Of a DNA stretch of 64,000 bases, positions 48,900 through 58,768 are shown in pieces. The translations under genes and the position numbers were made by a program. Position 1 is the stretch's first letter; the number at the start of each line of letters is the position of its first letter. Under the pieces are notes generated by a model. It was not told the DNA's origin and did no database searches. It worked only from the letters and a program-made list of their open reading frames with translations. The stretch comes from Candidatus Omnitrophota bacterium (GTDB lineage: Bacteria > Omnitrophota > Gorgyraeia > DTHP01). The stretch is taken from positions 75,231 through 139,230 of the forward strand of contig JAMWCW010000002.1 of NCBI GenBank assembly GCA_023819145.1, written 5' to 3'.

Positions 48900-50216
48900 T
48901 TAGCCAATATTAAATTTAGAATCTAGATACTCTTTTAACTTGTCTATGGAAATACGGTCCTGAAGCATTGTATCTCTATCTCTTATCGTAACCTGTTTAT
49001 CAACGAGAGATTGAACATCTACAGTTACACAATAAACAGTGCCTATCTCATCCTGACGGCGGTAAAGCCGACCAATGCTGGCTGTATCATCATAGGTAAC
49101 CACAAAATACGCACGTAAATCTTCATATATTTTTCTTGCCATTTCTACTATTTCCGACCGATTGCTTAGTAAAGGCAAAACTGCGACCTTAATGGGAGCT
49201 AGTTTTTTATCTAATCCTAAAACAACCCTTTTCTCTCCTTTCACTTTCTCTTCCCGATAAGCATCGATAAGAAAAGCAAGTAGCGAACGGTCAACCCCTC
49301 CCGATGGTTCAATGATGTAGGGAAAAAAAATATCTCGCTTTTGCTCATCAAAATAAGAAAGTTCTATACCGCTAAATTTACTGTGTTGGCGCAGGTCAAA
49401 ATCGGTGCGGTTAGCAATCCCTTCTAACTCCATCCAACCAAAGGGAAAATGATATTCTATATCGGTACAGGCTTTAGCATAATGTGCAAGTTCATCTTCG
49501 GCATGTTCCCGTAAACGTAGATTATCTCTGTTTATTCCCAGTCTTATATACCAGTTAAAACGTTCCTGAATCCAGAAATCGTAATATTCTTTATCTTCTT
49601 CGGGACGGACAAAATATTCCAATTCCATCTGTTCAAATTCGCGAGAACGGAAAGTGAAGTTTCCTGTCGTAATTTCATTACGAAATGCTTTGCCTATCTG
49701 AGCGATGCCAAAAGGAAGTTTAGGGTGTTTGGCGGCAAGAATATTGGCAAAATTTACAAAGATTCCCTGAGCAGTTTCAGGCCTCAGAAAGACTTTTAAA
49801 GCAGTTTCTTCTATCGGGCCGAGATGCGTCTTTAACATCAAATTTGCGTAAGTAACCTCTCCCGACAAAGGTTTTCCGCAGGAAGGACAAAGACCATTTA
49901 CAATCTCAGGATTGTCCTGACGATAATATTTATCACAATGGGAACAACTGAGAAAAGGGTCTGCAAAATTCTGGGCATGGCCGGAAGCTTCCCATATCCG
50001 CGGATGCATTAAAATCGCAGAATCAAGCCCAAAAACATCATCTCTTTCATAAACCATCGCTCTCCACCAAGCGTCTTTAATATTCTTTTTCAACTCGACC
50101 CCCAACGGTCCATAATCCCAAGAACTCGCCAACCCGCCATAAAGTTCGCTGTTCTGAAAAATAAATCCTCGACGCTTAGAGAGAGAAACAATCTTTTCTA
50201 TCGTTACTTCCGACAT
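48900..50216 (-). CDS. glyQS: Glycine--tRNA ligase, homodimeric alpha2 type
   Basis: KRRGF, DYGPLG, LRPETAQG, FR.REFEQME, IEPSGG and RRQDEIGT motifs. Confidence 0.95.
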   Translation of the reverse strand: MSEVTIEKIVSLSKRRGFIFQNSELYGGLASSWDYGPLGVELKKNIKDAWWRAMVYERDDVFGLDSAILMHPRIWEASGHAQNFADPFLSCSHCDKYYRQDNPEIVNGLCPSCGKPLSGEVTYANLMLKTHLGPIEETALKVFLRPETAQGIFVNFANILAAKHPKLPFGIAQIGKAFRNEITTGNFTFRSREFEQMELEYFVRPEEDKEYYDFWIQERFNWYIRLGINRDNLRLREHAEDELAHYAKACTDIEYHFPFGWMELEGIANRTDFDLRQHSKFSGIELSYFDEQKRDIFFPYIIEPSGGVDRSLLAFLIDAYREEKVKGEKRVVLGLDKKLAPIKVAVLPLLSNRSEIVEMARKIYEDLRAYFVVTYDDTASIGRLYRRQDEIGTVYCVTVDVQSLVDKQVTIRDRDTMLQDRISIDKLKEYLDSKFNIG

Positions 50217-50225
50217 AGGTTTAAA

Positions 50226-50254
50226 ATTTTAACATAAAATCTATAAATAAGCAA
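50226..50254 (-). promoter_or_regulatory. Putative sigma70 promoter for glyQS (TTGCTT-17-TAAAAT, extended -10 TG)
   Basis: 17-bp spacer counted; -10 ends 9 nt before the ATG; no SD. Confidence 0.55.
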
Positions 50255-50259
50255 GCGCT

Positions 50260-50997
50260 TTACGCCTTCGGGGCTAATTCGTAAGCACGCGGAACCCTCT
50301 CCAGATGGTAAACTAGAAATTTTTCTAAAACTAACCGCAATTCTTCCCGAATTAACCTGCCCATTCTGAGGCGAGAAAAGAGATTTTCTTCAGAACCGCT
50401 CAGTATGTGTTTCAAAGTAGAAATCGTTCCCGGTTGAATAAAAGAGGAATTACCGTCTTCTAAGGCACAATGTTTACAAAGAAGCCCCCCATTTCTATGG
50501 CTAAAATAAGCAGACTTTATAATGGGTTTTTTACATCTAATACAATTATCAATACGCGGTGAAAATCCCGTCAATTGAAGAAGTTTTATCTCAAATATTC
50601 TCACTATGCGTTCCAGGTCTTCTGCATCTCCGATAAGTGTGAAAATTTTTAAAAGCATTTCAAAAATACGCTCATTTTTCTCCTCTAAGGGCATAAACAA
50701 ATCTATCAGTTCTACCAGATAGCTAGCAAATATATGTCTATTTAAGATTGAAAATTTTTCACCAAAATCTTTAAGTAGTTCTGCATCAGTAATAAGATTA
50801 AGTCCACGGCGAGGATAGAAAACTACGGTGTTATAACTGAAGAGAGGAAAACTAGTCCTCCATTTAGGTGGGGAAACACGTACTCCTTTTGCTAAGCCAT
50901 TTATTTTCCCAAAATCTTTAGTAAAGAGTGTAAGGATAAAACTTGTTTCGCGAAATTCACATCTTTTTAAAACCAAGGCTTCGGCTTTCCGTATCAT
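50260..50997 (-). CDS. recO: DNA repair protein RecO
   Basis: E.S.I.TLFT..FGKI...AKG N-terminus; FEIKLL..GF.P; C..C..GG..C..C zinc motif. Confidence 0.92.
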   Translation of the reverse strand: MIRKAEALVLKRCEFRETSFILTLFTKDFGKINGLAKGVRVSPPKWRTSFPLFSYNTVVFYPRRGLNLITDAELLKDFGEKFSILNRHIFASYLVELIDLFMPLEEKNERIFEMLLKIFTLIGDAEDLERIVRIFEIKLLQLTGFSPRIDNCIRCKKPIIKSAYFSHRNGGLLCKHCALEDGNSSFIQPGTISTLKHILSGSEENLFSRLRMGRLIREELRLVLEKFLVYHLERVPRAYELAPKA

Positions 50998-51611
50998 CGT
51001 GATACTATACCAAAAGATATCACTAGTTTTATCCCCTCTTCTACGGATATGTCTAAGGGAATTGTTTTATTTATAGGGACAAAGAGCAAAAAACCGCTCG
51101 TGGGGTTGGGGGTTGTCGGAATAAAAACACTTACCACCTCTTCTTTTGTGCTCTTTTGAATTTCTCCCTTTGTCTCCGAAGTTATAAAACCTAATGCATA
51201 AGAACCATCTTTGGGAAATTCTACCAGCACTACCTTGCGAAACGCCCCCTTTTTACTCAACAATAAAGCATCCGAAATTTCCTTCGTACCGCTGTAAATT
51301 TTACCAATTAAAGGAAGACGTGAAAGAAAGTGTTCTAAAGAAAATAGAAAACGCCGTCCAAAGATATTTTTTGTGGCAATACCTAGTAAAGAAATAATGA
51401 GAATTACAAGAATGAAAATAAAAATTTTAAAAAGAGGAACTAAATAAGTATAAGGAAAGAATTTAAAAAGGTATTTTATCCCTGGTTCAAGAATGATTTG
51501 GTCTAGCTTAAAGTATAAAAAGCGTATAAATAAAAAGCTGATAACTAAAGGAAACAGAATAATAAGACCACTGATAAAATTATTTCTTAATTTACGTATT
51601 AAAGTTTCCAT
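50994..51611 (-). CDS. DUF502 family membrane protein
   Basis: P.I..IY, VVLVEFP, GFIT and VFIPTTPNPTSGFL motifs. Confidence 0.9.
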   Translation of the reverse strand: METLIRKLRNNFISGLIILFPLVISFLFIRFLYFKLDQIILEPGIKYLFKFFPYTYLVPLFKIFIFILVILIISLLGIATKNIFGRRFLFSLEHFLSRLPLIGKIYSGTKEISDALLLSKKGAFRKVVLVEFPKDGSYALGFITSETKGEIQKSTKEEVVSVFIPTTPNPTSGFLLFVPINKTIPLDISVEEGIKLVISFGIVSR

Positions 51612-51612
51612 T

Positions 51613-52311
51613 TTAAGTCATTAATTGATAAATCAAAATGGTAATTACAATTCCCAAAATTGCCCCTATAACTGTTTCGTAAATATTGTGAATACCTGTT
51701 TTTATTCTACTCCGCGCAATAAGGACTGCCAGAAGAAAAACCAGAAAATTCACTATATTGTTCTTTTGCAAAAGAAAAGTAATCGTCCAGACCGAGAAAG
51801 CAAAAGCACTGTGCCCGGAGGGTATCCCTCCTCGCAAAGGACTTCCACGCCGAAAATAGTATTTTATAGTTACAACCAAAAAGAACAGCAGAATTAAGAT
51901 AATAAGACTAATATGCCATTCTGATTGTTTTATCCTTACCAGAACAGAATCTAAGGGTAAATGGACGCGGTTAAAGAAAAGAAGATAACCTACTCCTACC
52001 GCCAAAATTGAAGCTAATAAAACTGAACCAGCAGATATGTCCTTAATCGTCTTTATTAAGTTGTCGGAATCTTTTTTATATATGTCCAGTAATGATTCTA
52101 CAATTGTATTTAACATCTCAGCAAAAAGCACAAAAGTTACAATAGTTACAAGCAAGGCCAACTCCAAACGAGTAAAATCTAAGTATAATGCAGAAACAAC
52201 GACTAAACCCGCAACTATAAAATGTATGCGCATATTGCGTTGAAACCGCAAGGTATGTAAAAACCCTTCTATAGCCCGATTAAAACTTTCGATTAAATTA
52301 CTATTTCTCAT
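51613..52311 (-). CDS. Diacylglycerol/undecaprenol kinase fused to a PAP2 phosphatase domain
   Basis: SF..A..G, N.RIH, AE..NT..E and KD.SAG (DgkA) plus PSGHS and SR...IH...E (PAP2). Confidence 0.88.
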   Translation of the reverse strand: MRNSNLIESFNRAIEGFLHTLRFQRNMRIHFIVAGLVVVSALYLDFTRLELALLVTIVTFVLFAEMLNTIVESLLDIYKKDSDNLIKTIKDISAGSVLLASILAVGVGYLLFFNRVHLPLDSVLVRIKQSEWHISLIILILLFFLVVTIKYYFRRGSPLRGGIPSGHSAFAFSVWTITFLLQKNNIVNFLVFLLAVLIARSRIKTGIHNIYETVIGAILGIVITILIYQLMT

Positions 52312-52747
52312 TAGGTATAATACGGGAGAGAAGAACGTTTTGTAGTTCTTCCATTGTTTTACGCTGTTTTAACGTATGGTCATTATATCCTAAAAGATGC
52401 AATATGCCGTGAATTAAATATAGGTAAAATTCTCTCTCTGTTCTTTGCCCATATCTTTTAGCAAAACGCTTAGCAGCGTCTACAGAAATAATCACTTCTC
52501 CAAAAATATTTTTCCGTTTATGCCCCTGGTTATCAAAAGCTTCACCAAAAGCAAGCACATCGGTATAATTGTTCTTTTTTAAAAAACGGCGATTGAGGCG
52601 TCTTATAAAAACATCACTTACTAAAACTACATCCAAAACCCCGTCTTTTATTTTTAACAAATCTAAAACTTTAAGCGTTTTTTCCTCTACTTCTGAAACC
52701 GAAAACGGAAGTCTTTTATTTATTGTTTTTACTACCTTTATTTCCAT
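52301..52747 (-). CDS. ybeY: rRNA maturation endoribonuclease YbeY
   Basis: LN..F...TDVL.F and HGILHLLGYNDH motifs. Confidence 0.92.
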   Translation of the reverse strand: MEIKVVKTINKRLPFSVSEVEEKTLKVLDLLKIKDGVLDVVLVSDVFIRRLNRRFLKKNNYTDVLAFGEAFDNQGHKRKNIFGEVIISVDAAKRFAKRYGQRTEREFYLYLIHGILHLLGYNDHTLKQRKTMEELQNVLLSRIIPNEK

Positions 52748-54920
52748 TTTGAACTACTTCGGGATATTTTATTCTTGTATGAAATATTCCTAATAATACT
52801 TTGATAAAACATTCGCTGATCTTATTTAGGTCGCGCAACGTGAGATTGCATTCATTAAGTTGACCTTCGACAAATTTATCATTCAAGATTTTTTTTACCA
52901 GATTACGAATACTGGCAGGATTTGGTTCGTCGAGAGCACGAGACGCTGCTTCTACTGAGTCAGCAAGAAGAACTATCGCTGTCTCATTAGTCTGAGGAAG
53001 TGGTCCGGGGTAACGAAAACGTGTTTCATCAATCTCTTTTTCTTCTTCTCCTCTCAAAATTGCCCGCTGATAAAAATAGTAAACCTTGCTCGTTCCATGA
53101 TGCTGGGCAATAAAGTCAACAACTCTGTGATTTAATTTATGCCTTCTTGCCTTCTCCAAGCCATCCTTAACATGGTTAATAATAACCATGCTGCTTAATT
53201 CCGGCGTGAGTTTCGTATGTTTATTAGAATACGGATGAGGTTGATTCTCATTAAAATATTCTGCTTTTTCTATTTTCCCTATATCGTGATAATATGCTCC
53301 CACGCGGGCAAGAAGCGAATTGGCACCTATAGCTTCACAGGCTGTTTCGGCAAGATTACCAACAATAAGACTGTGATGGTAGGTTCCCGGAGCCTTGAGA
53401 ATCAAGTCTTTTAAAATAGGATGGTTTGTATCTGATAATTCCAGAAGAGTAATATTAGAAATGAGACGGAAGAAGAATTCAAAAAGGGGAAGACTTCCTA
53501 AAACAATAAATGCCGAAATAATCCCATTAAGCAATCCCAAACCTGCTTCTTTTATTAAATCGTAAAGATTAAACTGTTCTAAAACACCTAAAGCAAAAAT
53601 AGAAATAAACTGCAATAGACCTATTCCCAAACCTCCTTTTAAAACATGAGAACGCCTTCTCGCCTTCTCTACCAAGAAAGCCCCTCCTATGCCACCCACA
53701 AGAAAAATCAGTGTATATTTAAAATTTAAATCAAGAATAAAAACAATCATAATGCTCACCAGTATGTTTACCTTAATCGCTACCCTCCCCGATAATAGAA
53801 GGCTTATAAGCATGGCTACTACAGGAATGGGGGTTAAAAGCGGGGAAAGCCCTTTGTCGTACACCATACGGGTTAACAAAATGGCAAGCAAAACTAAAAC
53901 CTCTATAAAAAATAACTCATTAAGATTTGCATATATCAAAGGTTCGTAACGACGGAGATACAGCCCCCCAAGAATAAACAAAAGCAAAACAATAATGCCG
54001 ACGCTTACAATGTCGTAAATAAGATTAATGTTGCCCAATTCCTTATTAACCTGTTCTATAATCATTATTTCTTTGGGAGTAATCCTCTGCCCCTTGGATA
54101 AAATTAATTCATTCTTTTTAATATCAACCTCTTTATAAAAAGGACGAACACGCTCTTCTGCTTCTGTCTTAAATCTCGACGTAATATCACGATTATAGGA
54201 AATATTCGGCTGAATAACCAACTTAAGAAGTTCCTCTAAATAACCTTTAGCCTTTATTAAACCTGGCTCCCTTTTCTCTAAATACTCTCCCATTCTTGCG
54301 TTAATTTCTTCAGGGGTTGAAATAGAGATAACGCCGGTTTCGGTAATAGTATTTATCCCCACATCCCTTATAAGAATCTTGGACTTATTGTCTTTTAACA
54401 ACTCTTGTTTAACGGAATAAGGAATGAGGGGTTGGGGGAAAAACTGCTCTAACAATTCCAAAAAAGATTTCTCTATTTGATTGAAATTATCTATCTCTAT
54501 AAGATTTCTTACCAAATTCAAAGATACAGAAAAACGGCGGGAAATTTCGGCATCGTTTGGAAGAGATTCTTCGGAAGATGTTCTTATAATCGCTATCTGG
54601 TTAAGAAAATCTTTTGCAAGTTTTATCCTATCTTCTGTTTTACTGGCATCATAATCATATACCTCCAGAACACCTTCTCTGGCTTTTTGTTTATCTAACC
54701 TTAACTTTTCTTGGTCAATCTCCGTTTTAACTATAATGTCCAATGGAGAATAGAGGTCATAGGGAGCAATTCCTCCTTCCTTAAACCCTTTTCCAAAATG
54801 CTCTTGAGGTGAATAAAAAATCAAAATAAAGGCAACAAAAAATAATGCACTCAAAAAAGCACGAAGATACCTTTCTAAAAATTTGGAAAAAATACTTTTC
54901 TTAACAGTAAGTCTTTTCAT
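52716..54920 (-). CDS. 7TM-HD (HDIG) phosphohydrolase, PgpH-like c-di-AMP phosphodiesterase
   Basis: Extracellular 7TMR-HDED domain; TMs; APGTYHHS, YHDIGK, QHHGT, FRYPGP.P and LADS.EAA motifs. Confidence 0.9.
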   Translation of the reverse strand: MKRLTVKKSIFSKFLERYLRAFLSALFFVAFILIFYSPQEHFGKGFKEGGIAPYDLYSPLDIIVKTEIDQEKLRLDKQKAREGVLEVYDYDASKTEDRIKLAKDFLNQIAIIRTSSEESLPNDAEISRRFSVSLNLVRNLIEIDNFNQIEKSFLELLEQFFPQPLIPYSVKQELLKDNKSKILIRDVGINTITETGVISISTPEEINARMGEYLEKREPGLIKAKGYLEELLKLVIQPNISYNRDITSRFKTEAEERVRPFYKEVDIKKNELILSKGQRITPKEIMIIEQVNKELGNINLIYDIVSVGIIVLLLFILGGLYLRRYEPLIYANLNELFFIEVLVLLAILLTRMVYDKGLSPLLTPIPVVAMLISLLLSGRVAIKVNILVSIMIVFILDLNFKYTLIFLVGGIGGAFLVEKARRRSHVLKGGLGIGLLQFISIFALGVLEQFNLYDLIKEAGLGLLNGIISAFIVLGSLPLFEFFFRLISNITLLELSDTNHPILKDLILKAPGTYHHSLIVGNLAETACEAIGANSLLARVGAYYHDIGKIEKAEYFNENQPHPYSNKHTKLTPELSSMVIINHVKDGLEKARRHKLNHRVVDFIAQHHGTSKVYYFYQRAILRGEEEKEIDETRFRYPGPLPQTNETAIVLLADSVEAASRALDEPNPASIRNLVKKILNDKFVEGQLNECNLTLRDLNKISECFIKVLLGIFHTRIKYPEVVQNGNKGSKNNK

Positions 54921-55876
54921 ACGTTTTTAGATGAATCAAACCTGGCATACGCCTTAATTATTTCTTGAACCAGTTCGTGTCTAACCACATCTTCGTCTGT
55001 AAGAACAACGAAGCTAATTCCCTCAATCTCTTTCAAGACATGCTGAGCCTGGATTAATCCCGATTCTTTGCCGGTGGGAAGGTCTGATTGTGTAATATCT
55101 CCGGTAATCACTGCTTTGGAATCAAACCCTAAACGCGTAAGAAACATCTTCATCTGCTCTGGGGTGGAATTCTGTGCTTCATCAAGAATAATAAAAGAAT
55201 CATTCAGAGTCCTACCCCGCATATAAGCCAGAGGAACTACTTCAATTATTCCCCGTTCTATATAACGTTCAATCTTTTCCACTTCCATCATGTCGTAAAG
55301 GGCATCATAAAGCGGTCTGAGATAAGGACTGACCTTCTCATACATATCTCCTGGCAGATATCCCAAAGATTCTCCTGCTTCTACCGCGGGACGGACAAGA
55401 ATAATGCGCGAAACATCCTGATTCTGCAAAGAACTTACCGCCATAGCCATTGCTAAGTAAGTTTTTCCTGTTCCGGCAGGCCCAATACAGAAAACAATGT
55501 CGTGTTGCCTGATGGCATCAATATATTCCTTCTGACCTTTAGTCTGGGGAGTTATGTATCTGCGTTTCGAAGAAACCTCTATACGGTCAAGATAGATATC
55601 CTGTATTTGCGTGGATTTTCCCTCTTTTACTGCTCGAAGAGAAAAAATTATTTCATGTTTTCTAATTATCCCTCCTTTGCGCACTACTGCTAAAAGTTCT
55701 TCAAATAAACTGAGCGCTTTTTTAATCTCCTGTTCTTCCCCTACAATATTGACAGACTCTCCTCTACCAATTATTCTCACATTCAAAGAACCCTCGATGA
55801 GTTTTATGTTCTCGTCATACTTACCAAAGATAGCCTGTGCTTCCTGAATGTTTTGAAATTGAATATTCTTCTCCAT
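54917..55876 (-). CDS. phoH: PhoH-like ATPase
   Basis: GPAGTGKT, RPAVEAGE.LG.LPG, LAYMRGRT, DEAQN and GDITQ.DL motifs. Confidence 0.93.
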   Translation of the reverse strand: MEKNIQFQNIQEAQAIFGKYDENIKLIEGSLNVRIIGRGESVNIVGEEQEIKKALSLFEELLAVVRKGGIIRKHEIIFSLRAVKEGKSTQIQDIYLDRIEVSSKRRYITPQTKGQKEYIDAIRQHDIVFCIGPAGTGKTYLAMAMAVSSLQNQDVSRIILVRPAVEAGESLGYLPGDMYEKVSPYLRPLYDALYDMMEVEKIERYIERGIIEVVPLAYMRGRTLNDSFIILDEAQNSTPEQMKMFLTRLGFDSKAVITGDITQSDLPTGKESGLIQAQHVLKEIEGISFVVLTDEDVVRHELVQEIIKAYARFDSSKNV

Positions 55877-55894
55877 AGAAATATATGAAAAATT

Positions 55895-57289
55895 CTAAAT
55901 CTTGGGCAAAACTCTCTTTATTCCCAACTCCTTAAGTTGTGCCTCGGAAACTTCATCAGGGGCTAAAGTCAGAGGACAAACGCCTTTCTGGGTTTTAGGA
56001 AAAGCAATAGTATCCCGAATACTCTCTCGGTCAAGAATAATGGAGAGCAGGCGATCTATTCCAAAAGCAATGCCTCCATGAGGGGGAGCTCCATACTCAA
56101 ATGCTTTAAGTAGAAAACCGAATCTTCTCTCCGCTTCTTCTGGTGAAATACCCAGCATATTGAAAATTTTTTGCTGGAGTTCTCTTTTATGGATACGGAT
56201 GCTTCCACTACCTATTTCTACTCCATTTATTACAAGGTCATAGGAACGAGCTTTAACCCGCCCTAGGTCACTTCCTAAATAAGGAATGTCTTCTTCGCGG
56301 GGTGAAGTAAAGGGATGGTGTTCGGAATCCCAGCGTTTTTCTGTATCATTGTATTTAAAAAGAGGAAAATCAATAATCCACACAAAAGAAAAACCTTCTT
56401 TTTTATCTCTTATATCAGGTTTGTCAGTATGGTATTTATCCATTGCTTCTTCATAGGACAAACGTGGAAATGGTATGGATAAATTCTTTTTTAGAACTTT
56501 CTCCCAGACAAACTTAAACATTCTTTCTACAAGTTGAAAAATTATTTCTTCTTCAACAAAGGACATCTCTATATCTAACTGTGTAAACTCAGGCTGACGG
56601 TCTGCCCGCAAATCCTCATCACGAAAACAACGAACAATCTGAAAATATTTTTCCAAACCCGCAACCATAAGAATCTGTTTGAATAATTGGGGCGATTGAG
56701 GCAAGGCGTAAAAACTCCCGGGATTTAGACGTGAAGGAACAAGAAAATCACGTGCACCCTCGGGAGTAGATTTTGTAAGCATTGGCGTTTCTACCTCTAT
56801 AAAATTTTCTGCATCGAGAAAATCGCGAAAACCTTTACATATTTTGTGCCGCAGAATTAATGCTGTTTGCATCTGCTTTCTTCGCAAATCAAGAAAGCGA
56901 TAAGTAAGTCTTAATTCCTCCGAAGGAGTAACAGTAAATTCATCGGAGATTTCAAATGGAGGGGTAAGCGAAGAATTAATGATTTCTAAGTAGGAAACTG
57001 CTACCTCGATCTCTCCAGTCTGTAAACGGGGATTTTCTGTCCCTTTGGGCCTCTTCTGCACCCTTCCTTTGATTTGAATAATATATTCGCTACGTAAATC
57101 CTTAGCCTTCTGATAAGCATCTTTATTGGTCTGAGGATGAAAAACTAACTGCGTAATGCCTTCGCGGTCACGCAAGTCTATAAAGATGATGTTTCCGTGG
57201 TCACGCCGAGAAGCAACCCAGCCACAAAGCATCACCTCTTTATCTACCGCGGTTAGATTCAGTTCACCACAGTGATGTGTCCGATACAT
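55895..57289 (-). CDS. aspS: Aspartate--tRNA ligase, bacterial type lacking the GAD domain, probably non-discriminating
   Basis: RTH.CG, RDHG, LPQSPQLFKQ, FRDED.RADRQPEF, HHPFT and PPHGG.AFG.DR motifs; only 464 aa. Confidence 0.95.
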   Translation of the reverse strand: MYRTHHCGELNLTAVDKEVMLCGWVASRRDHGNIIFIDLRDREGITQLVFHPQTNKDAYQKAKDLRSEYIIQIKGRVQKRPKGTENPRLQTGEIEVAVSYLEIINSSLTPPFEISDEFTVTPSEELRLTYRFLDLRRKQMQTALILRHKICKGFRDFLDAENFIEVETPMLTKSTPEGARDFLVPSRLNPGSFYALPQSPQLFKQILMVAGLEKYFQIVRCFRDEDLRADRQPEFTQLDIEMSFVEEEIIFQLVERMFKFVWEKVLKKNLSIPFPRLSYEEAMDKYHTDKPDIRDKKEGFSFVWIIDFPLFKYNDTEKRWDSEHHPFTSPREEDIPYLGSDLGRVKARSYDLVINGVEIGSGSIRIHKRELQQKIFNMLGISPEEAERRFGFLLKAFEYGAPPHGGIAFGIDRLLSIILDRESIRDTIAFPKTQKGVCPLTLAPDEVSEAQLKELGIKRVLPKI

Positions 57290-57301
57290 ATCTGCCTCAA
57301 A

Positions 57302-57343
57302 ATTTTAAATTTGCTATTTGATTTTTGATATTTGACCTTTGCT
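57302..57343. repeat. Degenerate 7-bp tandem array between hisS and aspS
   Basis: attttaa atttgct atttgat ttttgat atttgac ctttgct. Confidence 0.6.
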
Positions 57344-57379
57344 TAATACAATGCGCCTCGTGATTCCAATATTTTTAGG

Positions 57380-58660
57380 TTAAATATTTGAATTCAACCT
57401 CTTTGCTAATTCCTCTCTTATATTTTCTTTTTTAAGAAAAGTCTGTTGGCTTGAAACCATATCGCGTAGAATATACTCACCTTTTTTAATTTCGTCTTCT
57501 CCAATAATCAAAACAAATCTGGCTTTAAGCCTGTCTGCTTTGCGCATTTTCGCTTTGAGAGATTTCTCTGTATAATCCATATCAATAAAGATTCCTTTTT
57601 CTCTTAAATCTCTCATAAGTAAAAAACCAAAGCGCTCTGCCTCTTCTCCTAAAGTAATTAAAAAAACATCAAGAGGACTATCTGCTATATTAAATTTTCC
57701 AGTCTTTTCCAAAGCAAGTATTGCTCTTTCCATTCCCAAAGCAAAGCCTACTGCTCCTAAAGATGGACCACCTAAACCCTCAACGAGATTATCGTAACGT
57801 CCGCCTGCGGCTAAAGCATCTTGAGAACCCAGAAGTTTAGAAACTAATTCAAATACAGTACGGGTATAATAATCGAGACCGCGCACAATACGAGGCTGAA
57901 TTTCATAATTTATACCCGAAGAAGAAAGTGTATTCAGTAAAGACTCAAAATGTTTTTTGCAATCTCCACAAATTAAATCAAGGGTTGAGGGTAAAGATTT
58001 AACGGTCTCCTGGCATTTGGCTTCTTTACAATCAAGCACTCTTAAGACATTAACCTTAACTCTCTCTTTACAAAGTAAACATAGTCTATTTTTCTGCTTA
58101 CCAAGGACTTTTTGGTATTGTTTAGTAATATTTGCTTTATCCCTTTCGCATCCTAAACTGTTTATCTTTAGTAAATAATCCTCCAAACCAAATTCCTTAA
58201 CCATTTTTACTAAGAGGATAATAACCTCTGCATCCACAACATAACTGTAAGAACCTATTACTTCTACCCCGATTTGATGAAATTGACGTAGCCTTCCCGC
58301 CTGGGGACGTTCTGCTCTAAACATCGGGCCAATATAATAAAATTTAGCTAATGATTCTGAGAGATGAATATTGTTTTCCAAGAAAGCTCTTACCGCGGAT
58401 GCGGTTGCTTCTGGACGTAAACAAACTTCCCTCCCACCGCGGTCACGAAAGGAAAACATCTCTTTTCTAACGATATCGGTAGTCTTACCTACTGAACGCA
58501 CAAAAAGTTTCACTTCTTCCAAGATGGGAGTGCGGATTTCTTTATAATTATAAAAAGAAAAAATATCTTCCGCTTTCTTCTCTAAAGTGCGCCAGAGAAA
58601 ACTTTGGGGAGGAAGAATATCTTTTGTCCCCCGTAGTGCTCTGTAGGTAAATTTTTCCAT
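57380..58660 (-). CDS. hisS: Histidine--tRNA ligase
   Basis: RGT.D, LRPE.T, FR.ERPQ.GR.RQF.Q, VRGLDYY and GGRYD motifs. Confidence 0.96.
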   Translation of the reverse strand: MEKFTYRALRGTKDILPPQSFLWRTLEKKAEDIFSFYNYKEIRTPILEEVKLFVRSVGKTTDIVRKEMFSFRDRGGREVCLRPEATASAVRAFLENNIHLSESLAKFYYIGPMFRAERPQAGRLRQFHQIGVEVIGSYSYVVDAEVIILLVKMVKEFGLEDYLLKINSLGCERDKANITKQYQKVLGKQKNRLCLLCKERVKVNVLRVLDCKEAKCQETVKSLPSTLDLICGDCKKHFESLLNTLSSSGINYEIQPRIVRGLDYYTRTVFELVSKLLGSQDALAAGGRYDNLVEGLGGPSLGAVGFALGMERAILALEKTGKFNIADSPLDVFLITLGEEAERFGFLLMRDLREKGIFIDMDYTEKSLKAKMRKADRLKARFVLIIGEDEIKKGEYILRDMVSSQQTFLKKENIREELAKRLNSNI

Positions 58661-58667
58661 TTTTTTT

Positions 58668-58696
58668 ATTATATCTTATTATAAAATAAGATGCAA
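58668..58696 (-). promoter_or_regulatory. Putative sigma70 promoter for hisS (TTGCAT-17-TATAAT), leaderless configuration
   Basis: -10 ends 7 nt (A7) before ATG 58660; no SD; palindrome ATCTTATT-N4-AATAAGAT spans the spacer. Confidence 0.65.
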
Positions 58697-58724
58697 TAAA
58701 AACCCCCAACGAGTATAGGGGGTT
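58695..58724 (-). terminator. Intrinsic terminator after the HU/IHF gene
   Basis: AACCCCC-10nt-GGGGGTT stem followed by TTTATT on the minus strand. Confidence 0.7.
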
Positions 58725-58768
58725 GCTTAAAATATCTTTAAAAAAGCCAACTCTAGCTTTAAAACTAT

